Source of the DNA: Heptranchias perlo
Lineage: Eukaryota
Length of the DNA stretch: 64,000 bases
NCBI RefSeq assembly: GCF_035084215.1
Contig: NC_090328.1
Coordinates: 74,896,001 to 74,960,000, forward strand
Direction of reading: 5' to 3'
Shown: positions 23,729-37,222 of the stretch, in pieces
How the letters are laid out: the number at the start of each line of letters is the position of its first letter
Position numbering within the stretch: position 1 is the stretch's first letter
Notes under the pieces: model-generated
The model's input: the letters and a program-made list of their open reading frames with translations, nothing else
The model's database searches: none
What the model was told of the DNA's origin: nothing
Position numbers and translations under genes: made by a program

Positions 23729-26700
23729 AATGTTTCTAAAAACGTATATAAGATGAATATATCTACGTATTGATTAGAATGTTCTCGCAGCAAGACTGGA
23801 CAGCTCAACTGATATCAAGGATCTTCGAAAGTGCACTTTGAAGCCATGTACAGTGATAAACTTTGTAAGATTGTATTCATCTTATTAGTATGTTTAATTG
23901 TGCTCTTGTATTTTAACATCTTTGTTACTTAATATAACTTCTTAATAAAGCTATTATACTTTGGAACAAACCTTGCAGCCTTTTTGACCAAAGAGTAAAC
24001 CCATAAAATAGAAAAACAGGAATGATGCCTAAATTTGGCTCGCTAAACTGTCTTGCATCAACCAGTTTGGAATATATTAACATTTACAATACCATCTCCG
24101 TATTAGGATATGCATAAGCTACTGATTGAATTAACTCCTTTTTGCTGAATCCTCAAAGAAGCAGTCGGACCGTAAAATCATGAACTAATACTTATTTATT
24201 AACACCTTATCATAATTAACAGCATTTAAGTCTTAAACATTAAGAATGCAAATTATTTAATAGATATGGTTAACTGACTGAATAAATAATAAAGGTTATA
24301 AAGGCAGTTCAGCTATGACACAGTAATTCAGCATTAACTGGCTTGCTCATTAAGCTTTGTAACCAGGATTGATATAATGGTGAGATTAGTTTATGATTAG
24401 ACTCCTTACATAGCTAACAAGTTAACAATATTAGATGGCGCCATTCGATATATTAAAAGTATAACTAGTTCAGCTTATTACTGATATGCTCGCAGCTTTA
24501 GCAATGATTTCAGGAGCTTATACGACCTCGTCCTTCTGAGTTGGCAAAGTGGAGTTAGTTGCCTTACCTTCCTCTGGGATGATGATGTTAGCCTCCTGGG
24601 AGTGATGGACTTCCATCCGTAGTTGCGATTTCCGTTCCCTTTTGGATCTTCTGTTCTTGGGTAAATCCACCTTATGTCCTGGTAGCTGTATTTGGACTAG
24701 CTGGCGCAATTTTCATTTCCTTTATTCTCAGAGAAACTTCTTGTACATCTAAGTGTCGCTTAATGTCTGTCTCTATTTGGCTCATGTTGCTGTAAGTCTT
24801 CTAACTTCTGTAATATCTCTCCCCCTCTCTCTCCTGTCCTTTCAGAGAATGAGAGCTAACCTTGTCCAGAGATGCACTTCCCACTCTTTTTACAAAGGCA
24901 CACTTAGGCATACAACTAAACACTGAACTCCTAAACTATAATACCAAAATGTTATTAATCTAAACTAAGAATTTAATTTCTAATCTAGTAAATTTGAACT
25001 TTTACTACTTAACTATTAGAATGAAAACACCATCTTCTATGCCTTTGATTCTCAAATAAACCTCCTCAATTTTATTAACCACTCTGAGTGATACTTGTGT
25101 TGCAAGAGTTCTCCCTTTTAGATGTCAATCAACTTAAACAACCATGTTAGGAACTGTAATGACCTCACTGGGAAAAATACAGACATCATGTGGCCGATTC
25201 ACTCCCATAACCTCTCAGCCTTCTTTTTAACAAAAAAACTATGCATATTCATATACAAAGTAACATATTTGCAGTCTCCTAACACACTATTTCTATACCA
25301 TGACAACTTCGGCCTGCCAGTTCTTGTGAGGAATGCTTAGTTTCAGTTTTACATCGCATTCGTTCTTGGTTTCCCAGAGTTCAGCTACTCCTCATTTTGG
25401 AGGACATTTAAGGGAATTTTTAGTGCATTTTCACAACGCAACAATTGGTAGAAAGTAGGACAAGAACTATAATTGGAGAATAAATTACATGGAAACAATA
25501 ATGATCACATCTAAAATGTAATTAATCTAACTTTATTTATCATTCCTTCATTCTTTACATACATAAGACTATACCATGATAATGGGGTGAGCAATTCTGA
25601 CTTGGAACTTAAAGATTAAAAAAAGGCTAGTGGAGTGCTGTCATATGAAATTACAGATCTCTGTATAGTCTCTCAGAGATCTGTCATTTCAGATTTCTTT
25701 TCCTTCAGCTGCTCTGTGATGCAAATTCCATGGAGGAGTCATGTATTTCTTAGAATATCTTCATTCGCTACAATAGGAGCTGGTGTCTGGGACTACCCTT
25801 GGAGTCAATCCAGAGCCATCTGACTATGGAAAACTTTATCAGCCAAATATGCAACAGTACTCCCTCCATACTGAAACTCAATCTCCTCCAATTTTGTCCC
25901 CTTACTTCTCTTCTGAAGTTGGTGATTCATGCTGAAATACAATTCCATGGCTAATGGCAGCCTTCCTGTAAATCATTTAAGTGGCCGTTCTTCAAGTTTG
26001 CATCTAGACAGAGAGTGTCCATGACCATAAGAGGCCACAAATGACCCTGATCCTATCCTCACCTAATTTCGATACATAAGCATTTCTAACAGGGAGCCAC
26101 TAGACAGCAATTAGGAGTGAGAACCATTGCATATTTTTCCCTCTCACTGATACTGAAGCCAATTTTAGAATTTCCACCACTGCCCAGCTGAGACTGGCTA
26201 ACTTGGCAAAGAGCATGGATCATAAGACAGGTAAATGCGTGACTGGAGAAGCGGTGCAGGAGGGAGGGCTTCAGATTCCTGAGGAATTGTGACCAGTTCT
26301 GGGGCAGGAGGGATTTGTTCAAGATGGACAGGTTGCACCTCAACTGAGCTGGGACCAATGTCCTTGTGGGGAGGTTAACTAGTGCTGTGAGGGAGGGTTT
26401 AAACTAATTTGGCAGGGGGATGGGCACCAGGATGAAACATTAGAGAGGAGAAAGGTGTAGAGAAGACTGGGAGGGACAAATAGCACGAGAGTAAAGAAGA
26501 GTTCAGAAGTAGGAGGGATCAGATAGGAGGCAAATGCAAGGCAGTCTAAGGTGAGTTTGGAGTGCATGCGCGTAAATGCACGTAGCGTGGTAAATAAGGT
26601 TGGTGAACTGCAGGCTCAAGTCGCCAAATGGGACTATGATATAGTGGCAATAACAGAAACCTGGTTCAAAGGAGGGAAGGATTGGGTACTTAATATTCGT

Positions 26701-28260
26701 GGCTACAAGTTATTCAGGAAAGATAGGAAAGGAAAGAAAGGAGTGGGGGGTGGCAGTAATGATCAAAGGAACTATTGTAGCACTGGAAAGGGATGATGTA
26801 GTTGAGGGGTCAAAGACAGAATCTATCTGGTTAGAATTAAAGGAGCTATTACGCTACTGGGTGTATACCATAGGCCACCAAGTAGTGGGAAGGAGATAGA
26901 GGAGCACATTCGAGGCAAATTACAGAAAGATGCAAGAACTATAGAGTAATAGGGGACTTCAATTATCCTAAAATAGACTGGGACAGAAACAGTGTAAAAG
27001 GCAAAAAGAGGGGAAGGAATTCCTGAAATGTTTATAAAGGGAACTTTCTGGAACAGTGTGTTTCCAGCCCAACGAGGAAGGAAACAGTGCTGGATCTAGT
27101 TCTGGGGAATGAAGTAGGGCAAGTGGAGCATGTTTCAATGGGGGAGAACTTGGGGAACAGTGATCATAATATCATCAGGCTTAGAATAGTTATAGAAAAA
27201 GAAAAGTAACAATCAAATGTGAAAATACTCAACTGGCGGAGGGCTACTTTCATTGAGTTAAAAGGGAATCTTTCCCAGGTAGATTGGAATCAACAACTGG
27301 TAGGCAAAACAGTAATTGAACAATGGGAGGCCTTCAAGAAGGAGTTGGTTCAGGTACAGAGAAGACACATTCCGACAAGAAGGAAAGGAAGGACATCCAA
27401 AGCTACAGCTCCCTGGATGATGAAAGATAAAGAGATTAAAATGAAATAGAAAAAAGAGGCTTATGATGAACGTAAGGTTCATAATACAGTAGACAACCAG
27501 GCTGAATATAGAAAGTACAGAGGAGATCTAAAAAAGGGACAAATGAGAAAAGATTAGCGGCCAACATAAAAGGGAGCCCAAAAGTCTTTTATAAACATAT
27601 AAATAGTAAAAGGGTAGTCAAAGGAAGGGTGGACCAATTAGGGACAACAAAAGAAGATCTTCTTGTGGAGGCAGAGGGCATGGCTAAGGCACTAAATGAA
27701 TACATCGCATCAGTTTTCACTAGAGAAGAGGATGCTGCCATTTGCTGGAGTAAAGGAGGAGGTAGTGATGATGTTGGATATAATAAAAATAGATAAAGAG
27801 CAGGTAGTTAAAAAACTGGCACCATTCAAAGTAGAAAAGTCAGCCGGTCCAGATGGGCTGCAACTTAGGTTACTGAGGGAAGTAAGGGTGGAAATTGCAG
27901 AGGCTCTAACCACAATCTTCCAATCCTCCTTAGATATGGGGATGGTGCCGGAGGACTGGAGGATTGCAAATGTCACACCCCTGTTCAAAAAAGGGGCGAG
28001 TGATAAACCCGACAAATACAAGCCAGTCAGCCTAACGTCGGTGGTGGGGAAACTTTTAGAGACAATAATCCGAGACAAAATTAATTGGCACTTGGAAAAA
28101 TCTGGGCTAATAAATGAAAGTCAGCACGGATTTATTAAAGGAAAATCGTGTTTGACAAATTTGATTGAGTTTTTTGATGAAGTAACGGAGAGGATTGATG
28201 AGGATAGTGCGGTTGATGTTGTGTATATGAACTTTCAAAAGGCATTCGATAAAGTACGAC

Positions 28261-29653
28261 TTTTTAAAAAATTCGTTCATGGGATGTGGGCGTCGCTGGC
28301 GAGGCCAGCATTTATTGCCCATTCCTAATTGCCCTTGAGAAGGTGGTGGTGAGCCGCCTTCTTGAACCGCTGCAGTCCATGTGGTGAAGGTTCTCCCACA
28401 GTGCTGTTAGGTAGGGAGTTTCAGGATTTTGTCCCAGCGACGGTGAAGGAACGGTGATATATTTCCAAATCGGGATGGTTGGTGACTTGGAGGGGGAACA
28501 TGCAGGTGGTGTTGTTTCCATATGCCTGCTGCCCTTGTCCTTGTCCTTCTAGATGGTAGAGGTCACGGGCTTGGGAGGTGCTGTTGAAGAAACCTTGGCG
28601 AGTTGCTGCAGTGCATTCTGTAGATGGTACACACTGCAGCCACTTTGTTGTCGGAGCTGCACTCATCCAGGCAAGTGGAGAGTATTCCATCACACTCCTG
28701 ACTTGTGCCTTGTAGATGGTGGAAAGGCTTTGGGGAGTCAGGAGGTGAGTCACTCGCCGCAGAATACTCAGCCTCTGACCTGCTTTGTAGCCACAGTATT
28801 TATGTGGCTGGTCCAATTAAGTTTCTGGTCAATGGTGACCCCCAGGATGTTGATGGTGGGGGATTCGGCGAAGGTAATGCTGTTGAATGTCAAGGGGAGG
28901 TGGTTAGACTCTCTCTTGTTGGAAATGGTCATTGCCTGGCACTTGTCTGGCACGAATGTTACTTGCCACTTATCAGCCCAAGCCTGGATGTTGTCCAGGT
29001 CTTGCTGCATGAGGGCAATGACTGCTTCATTTTCTGAGGGGTTGCGAATGGAACTGAACACTGTGCAATCATCAGCGAACATCCCCATTTCTGACCTTAT
29101 GATGGAGGGAAGGTCATTGATGAAGCAGCTGAAGATGGTTGGGCCTGGGACACTGCCCTGAGGAACTCCTGCAGCAATGTCTTGGGGCTGAGAGGATTGG
29201 CCTCCAACAACCACTACCACCTTCCTTTGTGCTAGGTATGACTCCAGCCACTGGAGAGTTTTCCCTCTGATTCCCATTGACTTCAATTTTACTAGGGCTC
29301 CTTGGTGCCACACTCGGTCAAATGCTGCCTTGATGTCAAGGGCAGTCACTCTCACCTCACCTCTGAAATTCAGCTCTTTTGTCCATGTTTGGACCAAGGT
29401 TGTAATGAGGCCTGGAGCTGAGTGGTCCTGGCAGAACCCAAACTGAGCATCGGTGATCAGGTTATTGGTGAGTAAGTGCCGCTTGATAGCACTGTCGACG
29501 ACACCTTCCATCACTTTGCTGATGATCGAGAGTAGACTGATGGGGCGGTAATTGGCCAGATTGGATTTATCCTGCTTTTTGTGGACAGGACATACCTGGG
29601 CAATTTTCCACATTGTCAGGTAGATGCCAGTGTTGTAGCTGTACTGGAACAGC
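28261..29653 (-). mobile_element. Nested 5'-truncated copy of the tRNA-headed LINE family
   Basis: ORF 28768-29613 is nearly identical to the RT at 3092-3920. The 3' end reads GAATTTTTTAAAAA on the minus strand. Confidence 0.93.
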
Positions 29654-30312
29654 TACAATAATAATAGACTTGTCAGCAAAATGAACGCCCATGAGATTAA
29701 AGGGACAGTGGCAGCTTGGATACAAAATTGGCTAGGGGACAGACAGCAGAGAGTAGTGGTGAATGGTTGTTTTTCAGACTGGAGGGAAGTTTACAGTGGT
29801 GTCCCGCAGGGGTCAGTATTAGGACCACTTCTCTTTTTGATATATATTAATATCCTGGACTGGGGTATACAGGGTAAAATTTCAAAGTTTGCAGATGACA
29901 CGAAACTCAGAAATGTAGTAAACAGTGTGGACGATAGTTACAGACTTCAGGAGGACATAGGCAGACTGGTGAAATGTGCAGACACATGGCAGGTGAAATT
30001 TAACGCAGAGAAGTATGAAATGATACATTTCAGTAGGAAGAATGAGGAGAGGCAATATAAACTAAATGTAGAATTTTAAAGGGGATGGTGGAACAGAGAG
30101 ATCTGGGGGTGCACATGCACAAATCTTTGAAGGTGGCAGGACAAGTTGAGAAGGTTGTTAAGAAAGCGTATGGGATCCTGGGCTTTATTAATAGAGGCAT
30201 AGAATACAAAAGCAAAGAAGTTATGCCAAACCTTTATAAAACACTGGTAAGGCCTCAGCTGGAGTATTGTGTTCAATTCTGGGTACCACACTATAGGAAA
30301 GATGTCAAGACC

Positions 30313-31052
30313 ATCTCCAACAAGAGAGAGTCTAACCACCTCCCCTTGACATTCAACGGCATTACTATCGCCGAATCCCCCACCATCAACATCCTGGGGG
30401 TCACCATGGACCAGAAACTTAACTGGACCAGCCATATAAATACTGTGGCTACAAGAGCAGGTCAGAGGCTGAGTATTCTGCGGCGAGTGACTCACCTCCT
30501 GACTCCCCAAAGCCTTTCCACCATTTACAAGGCACAAGTCAGGAGTGTGATGGAATACTCTCCACTTGCCTGGATGAGTGCAGCTCCAACAACACTCAAG
30601 AAGCTCGACACCATCCAGGACAAAGCAGCCAGCTTGACTGGCACCCCATCCACCACGCTAAACATTCACTCCCTTCACCACCGGCGCACAGTGGCTGCAG
30701 TATGTACCATCCACAGCAACTCGCCAAGGCTTCATCGACAGCACCTCCCAAACCCACGACCTCTACCACATAGAAGGACAAGAGCAGCGCGTACATGGGA
30801 ACAACACCACCTGCACATTCCTCTCCAAGTCACACATCATCCCGACTTGGAAATATATCGCCATTCCTTCATCGTCGCTGGGTCAAAATCCTGGAACTCC
30901 CTTCCTAACAGCACTGTGGGAGAACCTTCCCCACACGGACTGCAGCGGTTCAAGAAGACGGCTCACCACCACCTTCTCAAGGGCAATTAGGGATGGGCAA
31001 TAAATGCCAGCCTCGCCAGCGACGCCCACATCCCATGAACGAATTTTTTAAA
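30313..31052 (+). mobile_element. Nested 5'-truncated copy of the tRNA-headed LINE family, with TSD
   Basis: Matches 3771-4519. AAGACC is duplicated at 30307-30312 and 31053-31058. Ends GAATTTTTTAAA. Confidence 0.93.
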
Positions 31053-32747
31053 AAGACCTTAGAGAGGGTGCAGAAGAGATTTATTGGAATGGTACCAGGG
31101 ATGAGGGACTTCAGTTATGTGGAGAGATTGGAGAAGCTGGGGTTGTTCTTCTTAGAACAGAGAAGGTTAAGGGGAGATTTGATAGAGGTGTTCAAAATCA
31201 TTAACGGTTTTGACAGAGTAAATAAGGAGAAACTGTTTCCAGTGGCGGAAGGGTTGGTAACCAGAAGACACAGATTTAAGGTGATCGGTAAAAGAGCCAG
31301 AGGCAACATGAGGAAACATTTTTTTTTAAAACACAGTGAGTTGTAACAATCTGGAGTGCACTGCCTAATAGGGTGGTGGAAGCAGATTCAATGGTAACTT
31401 TCAAAAGGGAATTGGATGAATACTTGAAGGGAAAAAAATTACAGGGCTATGGGAAAAGAGCTGGGGAATGGAACTAATTGGATAGCTCTTTCAGAGCCAC
31501 CACATGCACGATGGACCAAATGGCCTTCTCCTGTGCTGTACACACTATGAAAGCTGTGACTTTTCTGCTGTGTATTGCTCAGAACCACCGTACACACTTA
31601 ACTTACCCATTAAGCCAAGGCTGTCGAGGATTCTTATCCTGAAAACTTCAGTCTATAGAAGCAACACTGGATTAATTAATGATTGACAAAGTAAAAAGTG
31701 CTTTCTCAGAAGCCATGGATCCTCTGACATGAGGAATGAAAAGTAGAATCCTGTGAATCCTGAAGACTATAGGAGTTAGTAGAAAGTGCCAGTATGTTTA
31801 GGATGAAGTCACAGCAATAGGAATAAGTGCACCTTAATGGAATACTACCTGGGCATTGAAATAATCTAACAAGATCTGCATAAAACATGTGAAATAAGGA
31901 TTGAAATGTTTTTCATCTCCCCCATTTTGAAGACTGAAGAATGTCTTTCAAATTGGAGGAAACTTGGATACTTTGTTTGAAATCAGTTGAAGTAGAGCAG
32001 TGTCGACTGATAGTCATTGACCGTAATTGATTGGCTGAATCACTAGCTGCGAAAGCCAGCTTTCGCAGCTAGCACAACTGTCTGAGCTAACACAACTATA
32101 TTATACATAAACTGTTAACATTGAAGGAATCCTTCATTAAAAGTTTTTAAAATTAGAGTCCTTCTCCAAAAACCCTTCACAACTAAGAAGAGCCCTATGT
32201 GGTCAATATCAGCTGGTACAGATGTCCTATACTTCCTGACAATGGACCATTGGCCATCACATTTAAAATCTTAGTCTTCAGTCCCATATTGGCTAATGCA
32301 AACTTGTCCCATGTTGTCAGAACATCCACCCTCTATATTAGGAATGCAATGAAGAGGAATGCCTTTTTGGTGCTTTGAAGGTCAAGATGACACATAAGCC
32401 CTTTGGCTTTAAGATATTTGCTCCGACACTGTGGTGTTAAAGTTACCTTGGCACCTAAGGGCCACTAAAGTTATAGGGTGAGCCCTTTACATTGTGTGAA
32501 GGAGCTAGGGGGTTCCCATGGTATTCACAAATCTCAAAGTGTTCTTTGATTCACCCATAGGATGATGAGCCTGATTCTAATAAAAGTGGAGGATAAATGA
32601 ATGAGGATTAACTATTAGTTATTTTAGCAACAAAAAGGGGAAAAAACATTAACCGATATTTTTGGTTATTTCTGGATATTTTTACACCAAGGCAAACCAG
32701 TTGGTGGTCTGACAACCTATACTCTGTATATGTTTATCAGTTCTAAC

Positions 32748-32921
32748 CTGTTTTAACCAGTTCCTTGATGAGTTCTTCCTTCATGCGAATGTTGATGGCA
32801 AGCTCTCTTATCTTTTGCTTGGAATGAGCCACGTCCATCTCTGTAGTCTTCAACTTCTTTATGTTTAATACCTGGCTTTGACGCAGGCGGTCAGCCTCAG
32901 GGGAGGAATTATGTTGTGTTG
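32748..32921 (-). CDS. KIF27: KIF27 coding exon (174 bp), absent from the supplied ORF track
   Basis: tgtag|CAACAC acceptor and ACAG|gttaga donor. Hand translation gives ATQHNSSPEADRLRQSQVLNIKKLKTTEMDVAHSKQKIRELAINIRMKEELIKELVKT, which contains the conserved KIF7/27 motif. Phase 1-1. Confidence 0.92.
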
Positions 32922-33211
32922 CTACATATTCAAATAAAAAGGAAAGAAATATGACGATAAACTATGCCAAACACTTGCACAGAACTGGCAGTGTTAGTTC
33001 AATGGAGTTTTGGTGCAACAGTGTACTGACAGGTTCTCCCCCAAAACTCCCCAATCTCAACTGAGCTACCTGGAGGAAGGCACTAAGTGGGAGGCAAGGC
33101 GCTTTTGTTGACATGGAGAAAATCTGAGGAAGAGTCCAAATACACTGCCTTTGCACATCTCACAATGGACAACTCGAGCATAACATTGTCATAAATATGG
33201 GAACTAGTTGT

Positions 33212-34250
33212 TTGGAACATAGGAGAGTGAGAAGGCCATGCAGCCCCTCGAGCCTGTTCCACCATTCAATTAGCTCATGGCTGATCTCCATTTACCCGCC
33301 TTTGAGGTTCATATCCCTTACCTAATAAAAATCTGTTGATCTCAGTCTTGAAAATTTCAATTGACCCTGTATCCGCAGCCTTTTTTGGGGGGGGGTGGGG
33401 GGGGGGAAAAAGAGAGAGAATTCCAGATTTCCATGACCCTTTGTGTGAAAAAGCACTTCCTGATTTCACTCAAATAGCCCAGCTCTAATTTTAAGATTGT
33501 GTGCCCTTGTTCTGGATTCCCCCACCAGAGGAAATAGTTTTTCTGTATCTACTCTATCGAATTCTTTTATCATTTTAAACACCTTAATTAGATCACCCCA
33601 TAACTTACTAAATTCAAGGGAATACAAGCCATGTTTATGCAATTCGTCCTCATAATTTAACCCTTTAATTCTGGTGAATCTTCACTGTACTCCCTCCAAT
33701 ACCAATATTTCCTTCCTGAAGTGCGGTGCCCAAAACTGAACACAGTATTCCAGATGAGGTCCGACCAAAGGCTCTGTACAACTGAAACATCACTTCTTCC
33801 GTTTTGTATTACAGCCCCCTTGAGATAAAGGTCAACATTCCATTAGCCTTTTTGATTACTTTTTGTACCTGTGCATTAGCTATTAGTGATGTGTGTACCT
33901 GGATACCAAACTCCCCATGCTCCATTACAGTTCCTAGTCTCTCACCATTAATATTCTAATTTGTCTTTCTTGGATTACCTCACACTTCCCCACATTAAAC
34001 TCCATCTGCCACAGTTTTGCCCATTCACTTAATCAGTCTATGGCCTTTTGTAACTTCCTGCTCGCATCTATACAACTTACTGTGCCTCCTAACTTACTGC
34101 CATCTGCAAACTTGGATATACAACTCTCTATTCCTTCATACAAATCATTGATTTATATGACAAAAAGTGGAGCCCAGTACGGATCTCTGGGGGATGTTAC
34201 TTGTCACATCCTGCCAATCAGAGTACATTCCTTTTATCCCTACTATTTGT
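33212..34250 (-). mobile_element. CR1 LINE 3' portion
   Basis: Homologous to 912-1293 plus 4528-4900. RT remnant IPQRSVLGS. Confidence 0.82.
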
Positions 34251-34274
34251 TTGGTTGTCTTTATGGTCAGGGAA

Positions 34275-37007
34275 TAAGAACATAAGAAATAGGAGCAGCA
34301 GTAGGCCACAAAGCCCTTCGAGCCTGCTCCGCCATTCAATAAGATCATGGCTGATCTTCGACCTCAACTCCACTTTCCTGCCCGATCCCCATATCCCTTG
34401 ATTCCTCTAGAGTCCTATCTATCTATCTCAGAGCATCCACAGCCCTCTGGGGTAGAAAATTCCATAGATTCACAAGTCTATGAGTGAAGGTATTCCTCCT
34501 CATTTCAGTCGTAAATGGCCGTCCCCTTATCCTGCGTCCATGGCCCCAGTTCTAGACTCTCCAGCCAGGGAAACAACTTCTCAGCATCTACCCTGTCAAG
34601 CCTCCTCAGAATCTCATATGTTTCAATGAGATCACCTCCCATTCTTCTAAACTCCAGAGAGTGTAGGCCCATTCTACTCAATCTCTCCTCATAGGACAAC
34701 CCTCCCAGGAATCAATCTAGTAAACCTTCGTTGCACCGCCTCTAAGGCAAGTATATCCTTCCTTAGATAAGGAGACCAAGCTGTACTCAGTACTCCAGAT
34801 GTGGTCTTGCCAAAGCCCTGTACAATTGCAGCAAGACTTTCTTACTCTTGTACTCCAACCTCTTCACAATAAAGGCCAATATGCCATTAGCCTTCCTAAC
34901 TGCTTGCTGTACCTTCAGCCTAACTTTGTTTTTCTTGTACAAGGACACCCAAGTCTCTCTGAACACTAACATTTAATAGTTTCTCACCATTTAAAAAATA
35001 TTCTGTTTTTCTATTCTTCCTACCAAAGTGAATAACCTCACATTTCCCCACATAATACTCCATCTGCCACTTAACCTGTCTACATCCCTTTGCAGACGTT
35101 TTGGCATAATTTTAGCCCAGAGCTGGGAAGGGGGCGGGGGGTGGTCGAACCACAGATGGGAAACCCGGAAGTACGGGTTTCCCGGATGTCTTTACGATTT
35201 TGACGCAAGGACCTCATTTTTTTTTGACAGTTTCCCCCCTGACAGGCCAGCCTGATTGACAGGCTGGTCTCAATTGGATGGGTGAAGAAGGAAGAGGTAA
35301 ATGTTAGATTGGATCGATGGGGTGGGGGGATGGCGGGGGCATCAGTGGGCACCGGGGGGAGTTAGTCATCGGGGGGAGGGGTCAGTCATTGTGGTGGGGG
35401 TGGGGGTCAGGGGTCATCACGGGGGTTGCGATCGTTGGGGGTGGGGGGGGGGAAAAAAAAAAAAAAAAAAAAAAAAAATCGCTGCAGGTAGGTTTGTTGG
35501 GCCTGGGGGAAGCTCCTCTGGGCCCACAAGCAGTGCTATAAAGGCACTTACCTGCAGTTTGGGGCCTTCTTGCCTCCTCTCTCATGGTGTGAAGGAGAAG
35601 GCCTGGGAATCCAGCCTCCAGAGGCTAAAATCACAAAACCTGAAAAAAATGGAGGCCCACAGGCTCCAAGTTAAAATCATGCCCCTTGTGTCCTCCTCAC
35701 AGCTTACTTACCCACCTAGCTTTGTATCATCAGCACGCTTGGATACATTACACTTGGTCCCTTCATCTGAGTCATTAATATAGATTGTAAATAGCTGAGG
35801 TCCAAGCACTGATCCTTACGGCAACCCACTAGTTACAGCCTGCCAACCTGAAAATGACCCATTTATCCCTATTCTCTGTTTTCTGTCCGTTAACCAATCC
35901 TCTATCAATGCTAATATGTTACCCCCAACCCCATGAGCCCTTATCTTGCGTAACAACCTTTTGTGTGGCACCTTATCGAATGCCTTTTGAAAATCCAAAT
36001 ATACTACATCCACTGGTTCCCCTTTATCTACCCTGCTAGTTACATCCTCAAAAATCTCTAATAAATTTTTCAAACATGATTTCCCTTTCATAAAACCATG
36101 TTGACTCTGCCTAATCATATTGTGATTTTCTAAGTGCCCTTTCACCACTTCCTTAATAATGGATTCCAGCATTGTCCCAATGACTTATGTCAGGCTAACT
36201 GGCCTGTAGTTCCCTGTTTTCGCTCACCCTCCTTTTTTGAATAGTGGTGTTACATTTACTCCCTTCCAATCCCCTGGGACTGTTCCAGAATCTAGAGAAT
36301 TTTGGAAGATCACAAGCAATGCATCCACTATCTCTGCAGCCACCTCTTTTAGAACTCTAGCATGTAGGCCATCAGGTCCAGGGGATTTGTCGGCTTTTAG
36401 TCCCATTAGTTTCTCTAGTACTTTTTCTCTACTGATATTAATTACCTTAAGTTCCTCACTCTCATTAGCCCCTTGGTTCCCCACTATTTCTGGTATGCCG
36501 TTTGTGTCTTCTACTGTGAAGAGAGATACAAAATATTTGTTTAACAACTCTGCCATTTCCTTATTTCCCCATTATAATTTCTTCTGTCTAAGCCTCTAAG
36601 GGACCAACTTTACTTTTGCTACTTTCTTCCTTGTTACTTACTTGTAGAAGCTCTTACAATCTGTTTTTATATTTCTTGCTAGTTTACTCTTATATTCTAT
36701 TTTCTCCCTTTTTAATCAATTTTTTGGTCATCCTTTACTGGTTTCTAAAACTCTCCCAGTCCTCAGGCTTACTACTCTTCTTGGCAACATTATAAGCCCC
36801 TTCTTTTGATCTAATACTATCCTTAACTTCCTTAGTTAGCCACGGATGGATCACTTTTCCTGTGGAGTTTTTATTTCTCAATGGAATGTATATTCGTTGA
36901 GAATTGTGAAGTATTTCTTTAAATGTTTGCCATTGCTTATCTACTGTCATACCTTTTAATCTAATTTCCCAATCTACCTTAGCCAACTCGCCCCTCATAC
37001 CTATGTA
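34275..37007 (-). mobile_element. CR1 LINE ORF2 portion, split by a MITE
   Basis: ORFs 35816-36172 (YLDFQKAFDKVPH), 36224-36556 and 34505-34699. Tail taagaacataagaaatagg at the left end. Confidence 0.92.
35102..35684. mobile_element. Harbinger-type MITE nested in CR1
   Basis: Ends GGCATAATTTTAG and TTAAAATCATGCCC. Host CR1 sequence (tttgcagac...ttgtgtcctcctcac) is contiguous across it. Confidence 0.8.
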
Positions 37008-37222
37008 ATGATGCATGAAGTGTGGAAAATCTAGAGTGCGACAAAATGATTAAAAAATAAACAAAAATTGCTGTTGCAGCAGAATGAATGGGACCTTACT
37101 AGGGTGTGTTTAATCTTGCCCATCTGGGAAAGAGTTCCATTCCCCGTTCCATTTCTCATTTGGATTTTTAAAAAAAGTTCTAGCTATTTAGTGCATCGAT
37201 TACTCTCACACTACCCATGTAC

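Larger units (their letters stand above)
26216..31550 (+). mobile_element. CR1 LINE (ORF1 3' part plus ORF2) interrupted by two nested LINE insertions
   Basis: VNARSVVNK..DIVAITETW, NFQKAFDKV, GVPQGSVLGP, FADDTK and C-terminal LEQRRLRGDLIEVFK. Host sequence resumes after each insert. Confidence 0.92.

Noticed and set aside
25900-26210. Ancient SINE-like family (similar pieces at about 49410-49715, 56826-56940 and 60045-60200)
   Set aside because: The similarity is visible but too degraded to set boundaries or name a family without a library search.
28553-29161. Antisense ORFs over LINE RT (also 3640-4062, 27710-28078, 55105-55533)
   Set aside because: These are shadow frames of the RT coding strand with no recognisable domain.
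30085-30990. Novel 301-aa protein
   Set aside because: It is a chance in-frame fusion of host CR1 ORF2 and a nested LINE, and the AAGACC TSD marks the junction.
37213-37222. Alternative donor GG|gtagtg for the 37356 exon
   Set aside because: It would give phase 0 and break frame with the next exon, whereas the donor after 37223 keeps the frame.
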